Below are positions 30,284 through 40,800 of a DNA stretch of 64,000 bases, in pieces; position 1 is the first letter of the stretch, and every line of letters starts with the position of its first letter. Under the pieces are notes generated by a model, which worked only from the letters and a program-made list of their open reading frames with translations, had not been told where the DNA came from and searched no databases. The stretch spans positions 160,001 to 224,000 of the forward strand of contig CAWJKZ010000013.1 of NCBI GenBank assembly GCA_963843575.1, given 5' to 3'. The position numbers were made by a program, and so were the translations under genes. Source of the stretch: an uncultured Acidobacteriota bacterium. GTDB lineage: Bacteria > Acidobacteriota > UBA6911.

Positions 30284-32440
30284 ATGCGCATGGCCCGCCA
30301 ACATATGTCGCCTGCTGCCCGACCCTCGTATTTGACCGCCGCGGCGCTCATGATGCTGCTGGCTGTCGTTGCGGCGCCCCTGTCAGGACAGTCCCCCCCG
30401 CCGCAGGAACAGAAGCAGGAGCCTCCGAAGGAGTCCGCCAAGGAGCAGTTCCGTGCGGACAGGGAGGGGCAGATCCTGGCCCCGACCCAGACCCCCTCCA
30501 TTCCATCCGATGAAGGCTTCACCCTTGGCGCCTACCAGGGTCATGCCGACGTCGAACTCGGATATCGCTGGCGTTCGGACGTCTCGGGTAACACCGATGT
30601 CTACCGGAGCATGGTCAACCTCGGGAGCGGCCCGAAACTGCTTCGGTCGAACTTCTCGTTGCGCTCCAACTACGGTGCCGGTACCCTGTTCGACCGGTTG
30701 GACGTTTCCGCAAACAGCTGGGGCGGCGACCCGTACAACACCCTCCGCATCAGCTTCGGCCTTTCGGACAAGTACGAATTTCGCGCGAACTACCGCAACC
30801 TGAACTACTACAACTATCTGCCGCAGTATGCCAACCCGCTGCTGCTCACCCGCGGCATCGCCTTCGGGCAGCACAGCCTGAATGTCACCAACCGCACGAG
30901 CGACTTCGAATTGAAGCTGTTCCCCAACAGCAGGGTCCGCCCCTTCGTGGGCTATTCGCGCAGTTCCGGCTTCGGCCCCGGCTTCACCACCGCGGAGTTC
31001 ACGGGGAACGAATTCCTGGTGGAAACGAACTGGCGCTACTCGTCGGACGACTATCGGGGCGGCGTCGAAATCTCGCTCCCCAAGACCGTCTTGACAGTCG
31101 AGCAGGGCTATAGGACCCTGCGCAACGACACCGGCGTCGATTCCGGCCCGAACAACGGCAACAACCCCAATGCGAGGTTCCTCGGAAACCCGGTCTTCCT
31201 GACCTCGCTCGACCGCGGCTACCACGACCGCACTACCCTGCCGTTTACCAAACTGGTAGCGAAATTCACCCCTTTCCGGTCGCTGAAGGTCACCGGCCGG
31301 TACATCTACTCCATGGCCGACCTCGACTCCAGTTACGGCGAGGTCACGTCGGGAGCGTTCGCCAACCTCGCGGAACGGCTGGTTTACCGGGCTGGTCTGG
31401 ACAACTTCGACACCCACGCCAAGCGGCCGGACCACAACGGCAGCTTCCTGGTCGAATTCTCACCCTTCAGCAGGCTGACCCTTCTCGACCAGTTCGAGAG
31501 CCGCAACAATCACACGAGCGGGTCCGCCCTGCTGGCGTCGATCTTCTACGGCTCACGCTCGTTGGCCGGACCCGGTCCGACGAGCGATGCCACGATCACC
31601 GACCTCGCCCGCTCGTACCTCGCGTTCAACCGGCTGAGCAACCTTGCCGAGGCCGAGTTCGACCTCCGGTGGGGCTTTGCCGTCCGCGGCGGCTACCGGT
31701 ATACCAATGCGGATGCCACGGTGGGCGACGCGGAGGGGAGTGACCTCATCGAAGGGGAAAGTTCCTCATACTCGCAAAACACGGGCATCGTCGGGGTGAC
31801 CTACCGGAAAGCCCGCTGGCTCCGCCTTGGTTTCGATTACGAGAAGAACGACACGAACGGCACGCTTACCCGGACCGATCTCCTGAATTTCGATCGTCTC
31901 CGGTTCGACTGGCGCGTCGGCTCCTGGCATCACTTCAGCACCAGCGGAAGGATCTGGGGTCTGCGCAACAGCAACGACCAGAGCGACATCGATCTCCAAT
32001 CCCACAACCGCAACTACAGTTTGGAACTCAACTACGACCCGACCGAACGCTACCATCTCAGCCTGGACTACTCCCGCTCCAGCATTCTCTCCGATATCTC
32101 GATCCTGCTCCCGCAGACGCTTCGGCTCGACCGGTCCCTCTTCGACGAAAAGAGCCACGGCCTGGGCGGCAGCATGGGGGTCGGCTTGTACCGCGGGACG
32201 CGCGTCGATTTCGGCTACCGGGGGATTTTCAACAGCGGCACCGCGCCGCTGGCGTACCACCAGCCTTTCGCGGAGCTGACGGTGCCCCTGCAGCACCGGC
32301 TGGCGTTCAAGACTTACTGGCAGTACTTCGGATACAACGAGAAGTCACCCTTCGGCGGGACCACGATCGACCGGGGTCCGCGTGGGTTCCAGGATTTTCA
32401 CACGCACCTGGTGACATTCTCGATCGCCTACCTGTATTAG
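30284..32440 (+). CDS. mtrB: Outer-membrane beta-barrel porin, MtrB/PioB-like (start uncertain, 30281-30305)
   Basis: Signal peptide, alternating aromatic beta strands, C-terminal aromatic residue, position after the MtrA-like gene. Confidence 0.7.
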   Translation: MRMARQHMSPAARPSYLTAAALMMLLAVVAAPLSGQSPPPQEQKQEPPKESAKEQFRADREGQILAPTQTPSIPSDEGFTLGAYQGHADVELGYRWRSDVSGNTDVYRSMVNLGSGPKLLRSNFSLRSNYGAGTLFDRLDVSANSWGGDPYNTLRISFGLSDKYEFRANYRNLNYYNYLPQYANPLLLTRGIAFGQHSLNVTNRTSDFELKLFPNSRVRPFVGYSRSSGFGPGFTTAEFTGNEFLVETNWRYSSDDYRGGVEISLPKTVLTVEQGYRTLRNDTGVDSGPNNGNNPNARFLGNPVFLTSLDRGYHDRTTLPFTKLVAKFTPFRSLKVTGRYIYSMADLDSSYGEVTSGAFANLAERLVYRAGLDNFDTHAKRPDHNGSFLVEFSPFSRLTLLDQFESRNNHTSGSALLASIFYGSRSLAGPGPTSDATITDLARSYLAFNRLSNLAEAEFDLRWGFAVRGGYRYTNADATVGDAEGSDLIEGESSSYSQNTGIVGVTYRKARWLRLGFDYEKNDTNGTLTRTDLLNFDRLRFDWRVGSWHHFSTSGRIWGLRNSNDQSDIDLQSHNRNYSLELNYDPTERYHLSLDYSRSSILSDISILLPQTLRLDRSLFDEKSHGLGGSMGVGLYRGTRVDFGYRGIFNSGTAPLAYHQPFAELTVPLQHRLAFKTYWQYFGYNEKSPFGGTTIDRGPRGFQDFHTHLVTFSIAYLY

Positions 32441-32501
32441 GGCCAATTAGAGCACAAAGCATCACGAAAACGTTACGGCGCCGCGATTCCCCACCACAAT
32501 A

Positions 32502-32664
32502 CATGTGGGTCCGGGCTTCAGCCCGGACGTCTCTTGATCTGACCTAATGTGGCGACGGGCCACGTTATAGCGACCGCAAACAGCGTCCGGGCTGAAGCCC
32601 GGACCCACATGAATTGTGTTTGGGTCGGGCGCCAACCCTTGGACAGCCTCTTCAAGCCCGGACG
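32502..32664. repeat. REP doublet (REPIN/BIME-like), copy A
   Basis: Perfect 28-bp IR CATGTGGGTCCGGGCTTCAGCCCGGACG (32502-32529/32584-32611); second copy with the same spacer at 47761-47914. Confidence 0.8.
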
Positions 32665-32734
32665 CAGTTTGCAGTCGCTATGCTGGGGAGCTGGAGCTCA
32701 ATGAGCTCTTGCTCCTGAATCGGACGCCCCCCCC

Positions 32735-32774
32735 AAAAAAATCAGCGCCCTTCCTCCGGGAAGAAGAAGGGCGC
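32735..32774 (-). terminator. Rho-independent terminator of sRNA copy 1
   Basis: Minus strand GCGCCCTTCTTC-TTCCCG-GAGGAAGGGCGC-TGATTTTTTT. Confidence 0.7.
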
Positions 32775-32864
32775 CGCTCGGGTGTAGGTGGGTATTAAGG
32801 GTGGAAAGGAGGTTGTATGTCGGAACGATTCTCCTTCTTTGGGTTGTACTTTGCTCTATCCGAC
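32735..32864 (-). ncRNA. Putative small RNA, copy 1
   Basis: Paralogous to 33060-33162; CU-rich core AACCUCCUUUCCACCCUUAAUACCCACCUACACCC; ends in a 12-bp GC hairpin plus U-tract; sigma54 site upstream. Confidence 0.65.
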
Positions 32865-32873
32865 ATTAGTGGA

Positions 32874-32889
32874 AGCACACTTTGCGCCA
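32874..32889 (-). promoter_or_regulatory. sigma54 promoter of sRNA copy 1
   Basis: Minus strand TGGCGCAAAGTGTGCT = GG-N10-GC, 11 nt before the conserved TCGGATAGAGCAAAG start. Confidence 0.65.
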
Positions 32890-33059
32890 TCGGCTTCGCC
32901 TGCTGCCGAATTGTGCCATAATCGTTTTCTGCTAAATCACTTACGAAAGAACACGTCGGTTGGGATGCAGCGGAAGTACAGCAGAATTTGGGTTTACTCA
33001 CCCGATGAGCGGGTTATTTGGCACAAATTTGGCCTGATGCCGCGCCTGCATGTCCCGAC

Positions 33060-33162
33060 AAAAAATCAGCGCCCCTCCTCCGGGAAGAGGAGGGGCGCCG
33101 CTCGGGTGTAGGTGGGTATAAGGGTGGAAAGGAGGTTTATAACTCCTTTGCTCTATCCGAGA
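33060..33162 (-). ncRNA. Putative small RNA, copy 2
   Basis: Same 5' end, CU-rich core and terminator as copy 1, with a compensatory C-G/U-A change in the terminator stem. Confidence 0.65.
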
Positions 33163-33171
33163 TTATCTATT

Positions 33172-33188
33172 AGCAAGCCCTCATGCCA
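33172..33188 (-). promoter_or_regulatory. sigma54-like promoter of sRNA copy 2
   Basis: Minus strand TGGCATGAGGGCTTGCT; near-consensus boxes but GG-N11-GC spacing (possible homopolymer error). Confidence 0.5.
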
Positions 33189-33448
33189 GTTTGAATGGGC
33201 TGGTTGGTATTCCTGTAAAGTTGGCAACAGCAAATCTTACCGCTGTATTTCGCCGCAGCCTCAAATCGGCGCTCGGTCTTTTTCGGGTGATCTGAGCCAA
33301 CAACGGTGGTAAAACACCCACTCACACGTTCTAAGTGCGCGGTTCCGCTTGAATGCCATTCTCGTGCCTGGCAGCGGGGTCGTGTAAACCTTTCGGTTGC
33401 TTCAATGTATCGGGGCGGCATGATAACCTATTACGGTGGCCGACATAT

Positions 33449-34330
33449 ATGAAGCGTGACACGGAGCAGTACAGTAGTGGTGTGCGGAGGGTTCTCGTCA
33501 TTACCCTTGCGCTGAACCTCGCTGTCGTGGCAGGGAAGCTGTTCGCCGGCATCCTGGCCGGTTCCCTGAGCGTGGTCAGCGACGCGCTGCACTCCTCGGC
33601 GGATTCGCTGAACAACATCGTCGGGATCTTTATAATCCGGGTCGCGAGCACGGCCCCCGACAAGGAGCATCCTTACGGCCACCACAAGTACGAGACGCTG
33701 GGAGCCTTCGGAATCGCGTGGTTCCTCCTTGTGACCGCCTTCCAGGTGGGTCAAGGCGCGGTCAAGCGGCTGCTGGGTTGGACACAGTCGGACGTCGAGG
33801 TCACCTCGCTGACGCTCGGAATTATGGTGGCAACACTTCTTGTGAACTTTTTCGTGTGGTTTTACGAGCGCCGGCGTGCGCGTGAGCTCGACAGCGCATT
33901 CCTGATGGCCGACTCGCAGCACACCCTGAGCGATATCGGGGTAAGCACGTCGATCCTGATCGGTCTGCTGCTGCTGCGCTTCGGGATCATCGACTTGGAC
34001 GCCGTGCTGGCCCTTGCGGTCGCCGGCATCATCACGTTCGCAGCCTACCAGATATTCGCGAGCACCATCCCCGTCCTGGTGGATCGGGCGCCGGTGGCGC
34101 CGGAGTTCGTCGCCGAAATCGTCCGCTCGACCCCGGGGGTGGAGTCCGTGCACGGTATCATGTCGCGCGGGGTGCCCGGCATGACCTTCATTTCCATGCA
34201 CCTGGTGGTGACTCCGCTGAGCACGCCCGAAGCCCACGCCATCACCGAGGATGTGGAGCGCAGGCTGGCGGAAAAGGTCGGTCCTTGCGAGGTGACGATC
34301 CACATCGAACCCGATGACAGGAGTTCCTAA
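33449..34330 (+). CDS. Cation diffusion facilitator (FieF-like) transporter
   Basis: SDALHSSAD, PDKEHPYGHHKYE, ADSQHTLSD, C-terminal VTIHIEP. Confidence 0.92.
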   Translation: MKRDTEQYSSGVRRVLVITLALNLAVVAGKLFAGILAGSLSVVSDALHSSADSLNNIVGIFIIRVASTAPDKEHPYGHHKYETLGAFGIAWFLLVTAFQVGQGAVKRLLGWTQSDVEVTSLTLGIMVATLLVNFFVWFYERRRARELDSAFLMADSQHTLSDIGVSTSILIGLLLLRFGIIDLDAVLALAVAGIITFAAYQIFASTIPVLVDRAPVAPEFVAEIVRSTPGVESVHGIMSRGVPGMTFISMHLVVTPLSTPEAHAITEDVERRLAEKVGPCEVTIHIEPDDRSS

Positions 34331-34382
34331 CGGGGCCGGCGGCGGGGCAGATCCCATCGTTGACGGCCGGCGTGAACCTTCC

Positions 34383-36484
34383 ATGATGAACCCGGGCAAG
34401 CCGAAACCAGACCTCCTGCGTGCGGACTCGATCGAGTTTGCGGACGTGTTCAATGCCGATCCCGTATCGGGCCGCATCACGCTCGGGAACGACCGCTACG
34501 TGATGTTCGATGCGGAGGCTGTCGGCAAGATGCGCCGGGAGCTGATCGACAATCTCGGGTGGGAGGTTGCGCGCGGCATCCTCGAGCGTGTGGGTTACCA
34601 GTCCGGACGAAACGACGCCCGTCAACTGGGGGCGCGCTACAGTTGGCCGTCCGATGAGGAGTGGCTCCGGGCCGGGCCTCGCCTGCATTTCCTGGAAGGG
34701 ATGGTCAAGGTTCGGGTGCGCGAACTGGACTTCGCACGCGGGGAACGCCGGTTTCGCATGAAGGGCGACTGGATCGAGTCCTACGAAGCCGAGCAGCACC
34801 TGAAGCAATACGGCGTCGGGTCCAGACCGGTCTGCTGGTCGCTCGAGGGCTACGCCACAGGGTATGCGAGCGAGTTTTTCGGCGAGGACATCGTCTGCTT
34901 CGAGGTCAGCTGCCGGGGCAAGGGCGACCCGGTTTGCAGCTTCGAGCTGCGGCCCTCCCGGGAGTGGGGCGGGGCCGCGCTCCCGATGCAGGAGATGCTG
35001 GCGGCGGTGCGCTTCACCGAGAGGTTCGATCGCTGTCTGCGCTCCATCAGTGAAATGGGGTGCGAGCTCGAACAGAGCTCCCTCGACGCGATTGTCACCA
35101 CCGACGCCAGGGGGATGATCACCTCGTGCAGCCAGGGAGGAAGCGAGCTCCTCGGCCTGCTGCCGGGAGAGGCGGTCGGGAGGCCGGTAAGCGCATTCTA
35201 CGCCAGGGGGCGCGCGGAGGCGGCGCGCCTCATGGAGCGCCTCCGACGCGAGGGCCGCATCCGCTACTATCTCACCGATATCATCACGGCCGGCGGCCGC
35301 AAAACCCCGATCGCCCTGGCGGCGTCGGCGATCAAGAACGCGCTCGGCCACGTCGTCGGTACTATCGGGGTGGCCCACAACCTCACCGAGATCCGGCGGC
35401 TCGAGGATGAGCTCGCCGCCAAGAACAGGTTCATGGCCAATATCCTGCAGGATTCGGCCGACGCGATCATCACGATGGACCCGGACGGCACCATCACGTC
35501 CTGGAACCGCGGCGCGGAATCCATCTTCGGCTATCCCGCCGACGAGGTGCTGGGCCGGTCCATCGAGGTCATCGTTCCCGCCGATCTACTGCGCGGCCAA
35601 CGAACTGGAACGGATCGCGCAGCGCGTCAGGAGCTCACGGGCGCGGTCCGCAACTACCAGACCGAGCGCATGACGAAGGACGGCCGGCGGCTCCAGGTGA
35701 TTTTCACCCGCACGGCGATCCGCGACGAAACCGGGCGCGTCGTCGGCAGTTCCGCGGTCCTGAAGGACGTCACCACGTTCCGGAACCTGGAACGGCAGCT
35801 TGCCGACGCCGAGCACCTGGCGACCCTGGGAGAGCTCTCGGCCGGGCTGGCGCACGAGATCAAGAACCCGCTCGCCGGCATCAAGGGCGCGATCGATGTC
35901 ATCCGCGACTCGCTCCCTGTCAACCGACCTGCACCGGGACGTGCTCGGGGACGTGTTGCACGAGGTGAACCGGATCGACAGGATCGTGCGGGACCTGCTG
36001 AACTATGCCAAGCCGAAGCCCCCCTCGCTCAACGCCATCGCGCTCCCGGAGGTGGCGCAGAGGCTGGTCGCCATGGCGCGCAAGTCCCCGAAGACCGAAG
36101 GCGTCTCGATCCGAGCTCGAGCAGTCCGGGGACATCCCCGGTTTCACGGGGGACGAAACGCAGCTCGAACAGGTGCTGCTGAACCTTCTGCTGAACGCCC
36201 AGAGCGCCGTCTCCCCCGGGGGCCACATCCTCGTCCGGCTGGCGTTCGAACCCGAGGAGCTGACGATCCGGATGGAGGTGGCGGACGACGGGCCGGGCAT
36301 ACCGGACGAGATCCGGAAACGCATCTTCCAGCCGTTTTTTACGACCCGGACGGAGGGGACCGGGTTGGGGCTGGCAACTTGCCTCAAAAACGTGCAGTAT
36401 CATGGCGGGACCATCAACGTGTTCAGTGCGCAGGGTCAGGGGACGCGGTTTGTCGTCACCTTGCCGCTGCTTTGTCGCTTTTAG
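34383..36484 (+). CDS. XylR-N/V4R-PAS-PAS sensor histidine kinase (frameshifts near 35590-35625, 35920 and 36115)
   Basis: GPRLHFLEG..SYEAEQH..PVCW.LEGYATGY..E..C..KGDPVC.F (XylR/V4R); two PAS domains; GLAHEIKNPL; QVLLNLLLNA; GTGLGL. Confidence 0.85.
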
Positions 36485-36496
36485 GCGATCTGACGC

Positions 36497-37884
36497 ATGC
36501 CCAAGGAAACGATACTCGTAGTCGACGATGAACGCCTCGTGCGCTGGTCGCTCCAGCAGAAGCTCGAGCAGTGGGGCTATCACGTCAGCCTCGCCGAGGA
36601 TGGCGCCACGGCGCTGGGCCGCGTCCAGCTCGACAATCCGGACCTGATCACCCTCGACGTGAAGCTTCCCGGATATGACCGGGATCGAGGTCCTGTCGGA
36701 GCTGCGCAACCGCAACGTGCACGTGCCCGTGATCGTGATCACGGCCTTCGGCGTGGTCGACGACGCCGTGCGCAGCCTCAAGCTCGGCGCCTACGATTTC
36801 ATCGAGAAGCCGATCAACTTCGAGAAGCTGGAGAATTCCGTCCGCAACGCCCTGGAAACGCGCCGGCTGCGCACCGAGGTCGCGCGCACGCACGAAATCC
36901 AGCGCAGCGAGTTCAGCGTCGACCGGATCATCGGCGTCTCCGACCACATCCGGGAGGTCCGCGAACTGATCAAGAAGATCGCCGGCAGCGAGGCTTCGAC
37001 CATCCTGATCCAGGGGGAGAGCGGGACCGGCAAGGACCTCGTCGCCCACGCCATCCACTACGAGTCGACGCGCCGCGACCGCCCCTTTTTCGCCATCAAC
37101 TGCGCCGCCATCCCCGAAAACCTGATGGAGTCCGAGCTGTTCGGCCACGAAAAGGGAGCCTTCACCGACGCCCGCTCCCAGAAAAAGGGGATGTTCGAAA
37201 TGGCCGACGGCGGCACCCTGTTCCTGGACGAGGTCAGCGAAATGACCCTCGGGATGCAGGCGAAGCTGCTGCGGGTCCTCGAAGGGCAGTCCTTCCGGCG
37301 CGTCGGCGGCGTCAAGAACATCAACGTCGATGTGCGCGTGATCGTCGCCTCCAACCGCAATCTCGAGGATGCCGTGCGGACCTCGAGGTTCCGGCAGGAC
37401 CTCTATTTCCGGCTCGCCATCATCCCCGCTGACCCTGCACCCGCTGCGGGAACACAAGGACGACATCCCGGCGCTGCTCGAGCACTTCATCCAATACTAC
37501 AACCAGAAATTCCGGAAGAGCATCCAGGGGCTCACGAAAGACGCCGAGGAACTGCTCCTGAACTACGACTGGCCCGGCAACATCCGCGAGCTCAAGAACG
37601 CCATCGAGAGGGTCATGATCCTGGCGGACGGAAACCGGGTGGCTTCGAAATACCTGCCGATCCGGATCTCCGAGGGGGGAGTGCTCCCCGTGCCGATGGG
37701 AGACGGGCAGGGCAACGGCGGCATCCAGCTGCCGGCCGGCGGCACTTCGCTCTACGACGTCGAACGCGAACTCATCCGCCAGGCGCTGGAACAATCCCGG
37801 GGCAACAAGACCACCGCAGCCCGTCTCCTCCGCATCACCCGCGACACCTTGCGCTACAAGGTGAAAAAGTACAACCTGGACTGA
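36497..37884 (+). CDS. NtrC-family sigma54-dependent response regulator (frameshifts near 36672 and 37425)
   Basis: REC domain; [50 protein letters not shown], Fis-type HTH. Confidence 0.92.
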
Positions 37885-37898
37885 ATCCGGCAACGACT

Positions 37899-40800
37899 AT
37901 GAAAAACCACCGCCCGCCTCTGCGCGTCGCCGTCGCAATCCTGCTGTCCGCCGCGGCTGTCCTGTCCACGCTCTACCTGGGCCGCGTCGGCGCTTCCCCG
38001 GCGCCTCAAGCGGCCCCGGACAAGACCGCAGCCGAAGCGGCCCGCAGGCGGGCCGTCGGAGACGGTCCTGCGTCTCAACAATCTCGGCATCGCCGAGTTG
38101 GAGCAGTTTCACTTCACGCAGGCAGCCTCCTATTTCGAGAAGGCGCGGGCCCAGGCGCCGCACCTGGTGCCCCTCGCCGTAAACCTGGCCATCGCTCTCT
38201 TCTACGACCGGAAGAACGACGAGGCCGAAGCGCATCCTGAAAGGCGTCGTGGCGACAGACCCGAAGCAGCGGGAAGCTCACTACGTGCTCGGGTTGTTGC
38301 ACCGCTCAACGGGAAGCAACGAGGAAGCGCTGGCTGACATGAAGGCGGCGCTCGCGCTCGATCCGCAGGATCCGGCCACACTTTACTTCGCCGGGGCTCT
38401 GAACTCGGCCCAGCACAACTGGGAGCCTGCCGTCCGCTACCTGCGTGACGCCTTGGCGCGCGAACCATTCAACGTATCCATCTACTATGCGCTGGCGACC
38501 GCGCTCGTGCAAAAGGGGGATACTCCGCAGGCCGAGAAGGTGATGGCCCAGTTTCAGGAGCTCAAGTCGCGCGGCACCGGGACGAGTTATGGCAACCAGT
38601 ACCTGGAGCAGGGGCGCTATGCGCAGGCCATTCAAATCCCGGGCCCGGGCGGGCCGTTCGGCCTGCCCGGCGCCCGCCCCCGCTTTACCGACCTATCCGC
38701 CGCCGGCGGGTTGACCTTTGTCCATGCGGGTCCCCGCGAGGCACCGCTCTTCGACGGCGCAGGCCGTCCGGACACCGCGGTGCCCGCCGCATTTGGTTCC
38801 GGTCTCGCCTTCCTGGACTACGACGGCGACGGTCGGCCGGACCTCTTCCTCGCCAATGTTTCGGGCCCCGGGGTCCTCTATCGAAACAAGGAGGGTGGCA
38901 CGTTCGAAGCCGTGGCCGCGTCGGGCATCGGCTTCGAGGGGACTGCCATGGGGGTCGCGGCGGGCGACTACGACAACGACGGGTTTCCTGATCTATTCAT
39001 CGCCGGAGTCGATGGGAGCGCGCTCTACCACAACGAGGGGAAGGGGACTTTCAGCGACAAGACGTCGCTCCTTTCCCAGGCCCTCAACGGGTCCTGGGCG
39101 ACGAGCCCGGCGTTCATCGACCTCGATCACGATGGCGACCTCGACCTGTTCATCACTTGTGCCGCCAAACCGGGGCGACCCGCCGCCCGCAACCTGTTGT
39201 ACAGGAACAACGGGGACGGCACGTTTGCCGAATCGGGCGAAGCCGCCGGCACGGCCGCTTCGGGTTTTGCGGCCTCGGCGGTCTACATGGACTACAACGG
39301 TTCCCGCGACATCGACGTGATCGTGCTCGGTGCGCCTCGGTGGAACCTGTACTCGAACAAGCGGGACGGCAGCTTCGCCGACTCGACCGTGGCCGCCGGC
39401 GTTCCGCCTTCCGATGGGTCGCTCGGGGCAGCCGCCGGCGACCTGGACGGCGACGGCCGGATCGATCTGTGCAGCGTGGGGGCCGGCCGTCCGGGAGTCG
39501 CCCGGATCCTATGGAATCAAGGGTCGGCCTACAAGATCCAGGAAGTGCCGCTCCCCTCGAAGGCGCAGCTGTGGAACGTGCGGGCACTGGATTACGACAA
39601 CGACGGCGACCTCGACCTCCTGCTGGCGGGCGACGAACTCCGCCTCCTCGAGAACGACGGCCGCAGGAGCTTTCAGGACGTGACCTCCGCGGTCGGGCTC
39701 GACCGGATCCAGGCTTCAGGGGCGCGCGCCCTCGCCGTGGCCGACTACGACCGGGACGGCGACCCCGATGTCGTCGTCAGCCGGTGCGGCCGGCCGGCCG
39801 TCCTGCTGCGAAACGACGGCGGCAACCGCAACCGCTTTTTCCGGCTCTCCCTGCGGGGCAAGGCGGACAACTACTTCGGCGTGGGAGCGAAAGTCGAGTG
39901 GGCCGCCGGCGGCCTGTGGCAGCACAGGGAACCGGACGGGGACGCGGGTTACATGAGCCAGAGCTCGGGCGAGATGCTGCTCGGACTGGGCAGGTTCGCC
40001 GCACCCGACTACGTCCGGGTTTTGTGGCCTACGGGGGTGCTGCAGTCGGAGATACCCGCCAAGGATGCCGGCAAACTGGTGCTGACCGAACTCGACCGCA
40101 AAGGCACCTCGTGCCCGATTCTATATGCCTGGAACGGAAGCGCCTACGAGTTCGTGACCGATTTCCTCGGCGGCAGCGGCATGGGTTACCTGCAGTCGCC
40201 CGGCAATTACGGCATTCCGGATACGGACGAATACGTCAAGATAACGGGAGCACAACTCCGTCCGCAGGGGGACCGGCTTTCCCTCAAAATGGCAAATCAG
40301 CTCGAAGAAGTCATGCTCTTCGACTCGGTGCGCCTGCTGGCGGTCGATCACGCCGCCCACACCGAAATATTCCCGAACGAACGCCTCATGGCCGCGCCGC
40401 CGTTTCCCGGCCACCGTATCTACACGGCGACTTCGCCCCGGCCCGTCGCGTCGGCCCTGGACGGCAGCGGTGCATCCTGGCAGCACGCGCTGGCAGCCGT
40501 CGACCGGGATTATGTCCGTGGCTTCCGGTTGCTCCCGTTCAAAGGGTATGCCGAGGAGCACACGCTCGAGCTCGGGCTCGGGGACCTTCGCGGGAGCAGC
40601 CGCACCGTGTTGCTCATGGACGGCTGGATCGATTACGCAAACTCCAGCTCCAACTTCTCCGCCGCGCAGGCCGGCGTCAAACTGGTCCCCCCCTATCTGC
40701 AGGTGTGGGATTCCGGTGGCTGGCGCACCGTTATGCACGACATGGGGTTTCCGGCGGGATTGCCCAAAACAATGATCGTCGACCTGTCGGGGAAACTCCC

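Noticed and set aside
32795-32866. Leaderless peptide MSDRAKYNPKKENRSDIQPPFHP in sRNA copy 1
   Set aside because: Copy 2 lacks the ATG and the frame, so conservation is at RNA level
32735-33162. Repeat pair as a CRISPR array
   Set aside because: Only two ~100 bp copies, no regular repeat-spacer period, no cas genes
32788-33312. Plus-strand ORFs 32788-33111 and 33112-33312 near GGAGG
   Set aside because: No coding similarity beyond the repeat; promoter and terminator polarity point to the minus strand
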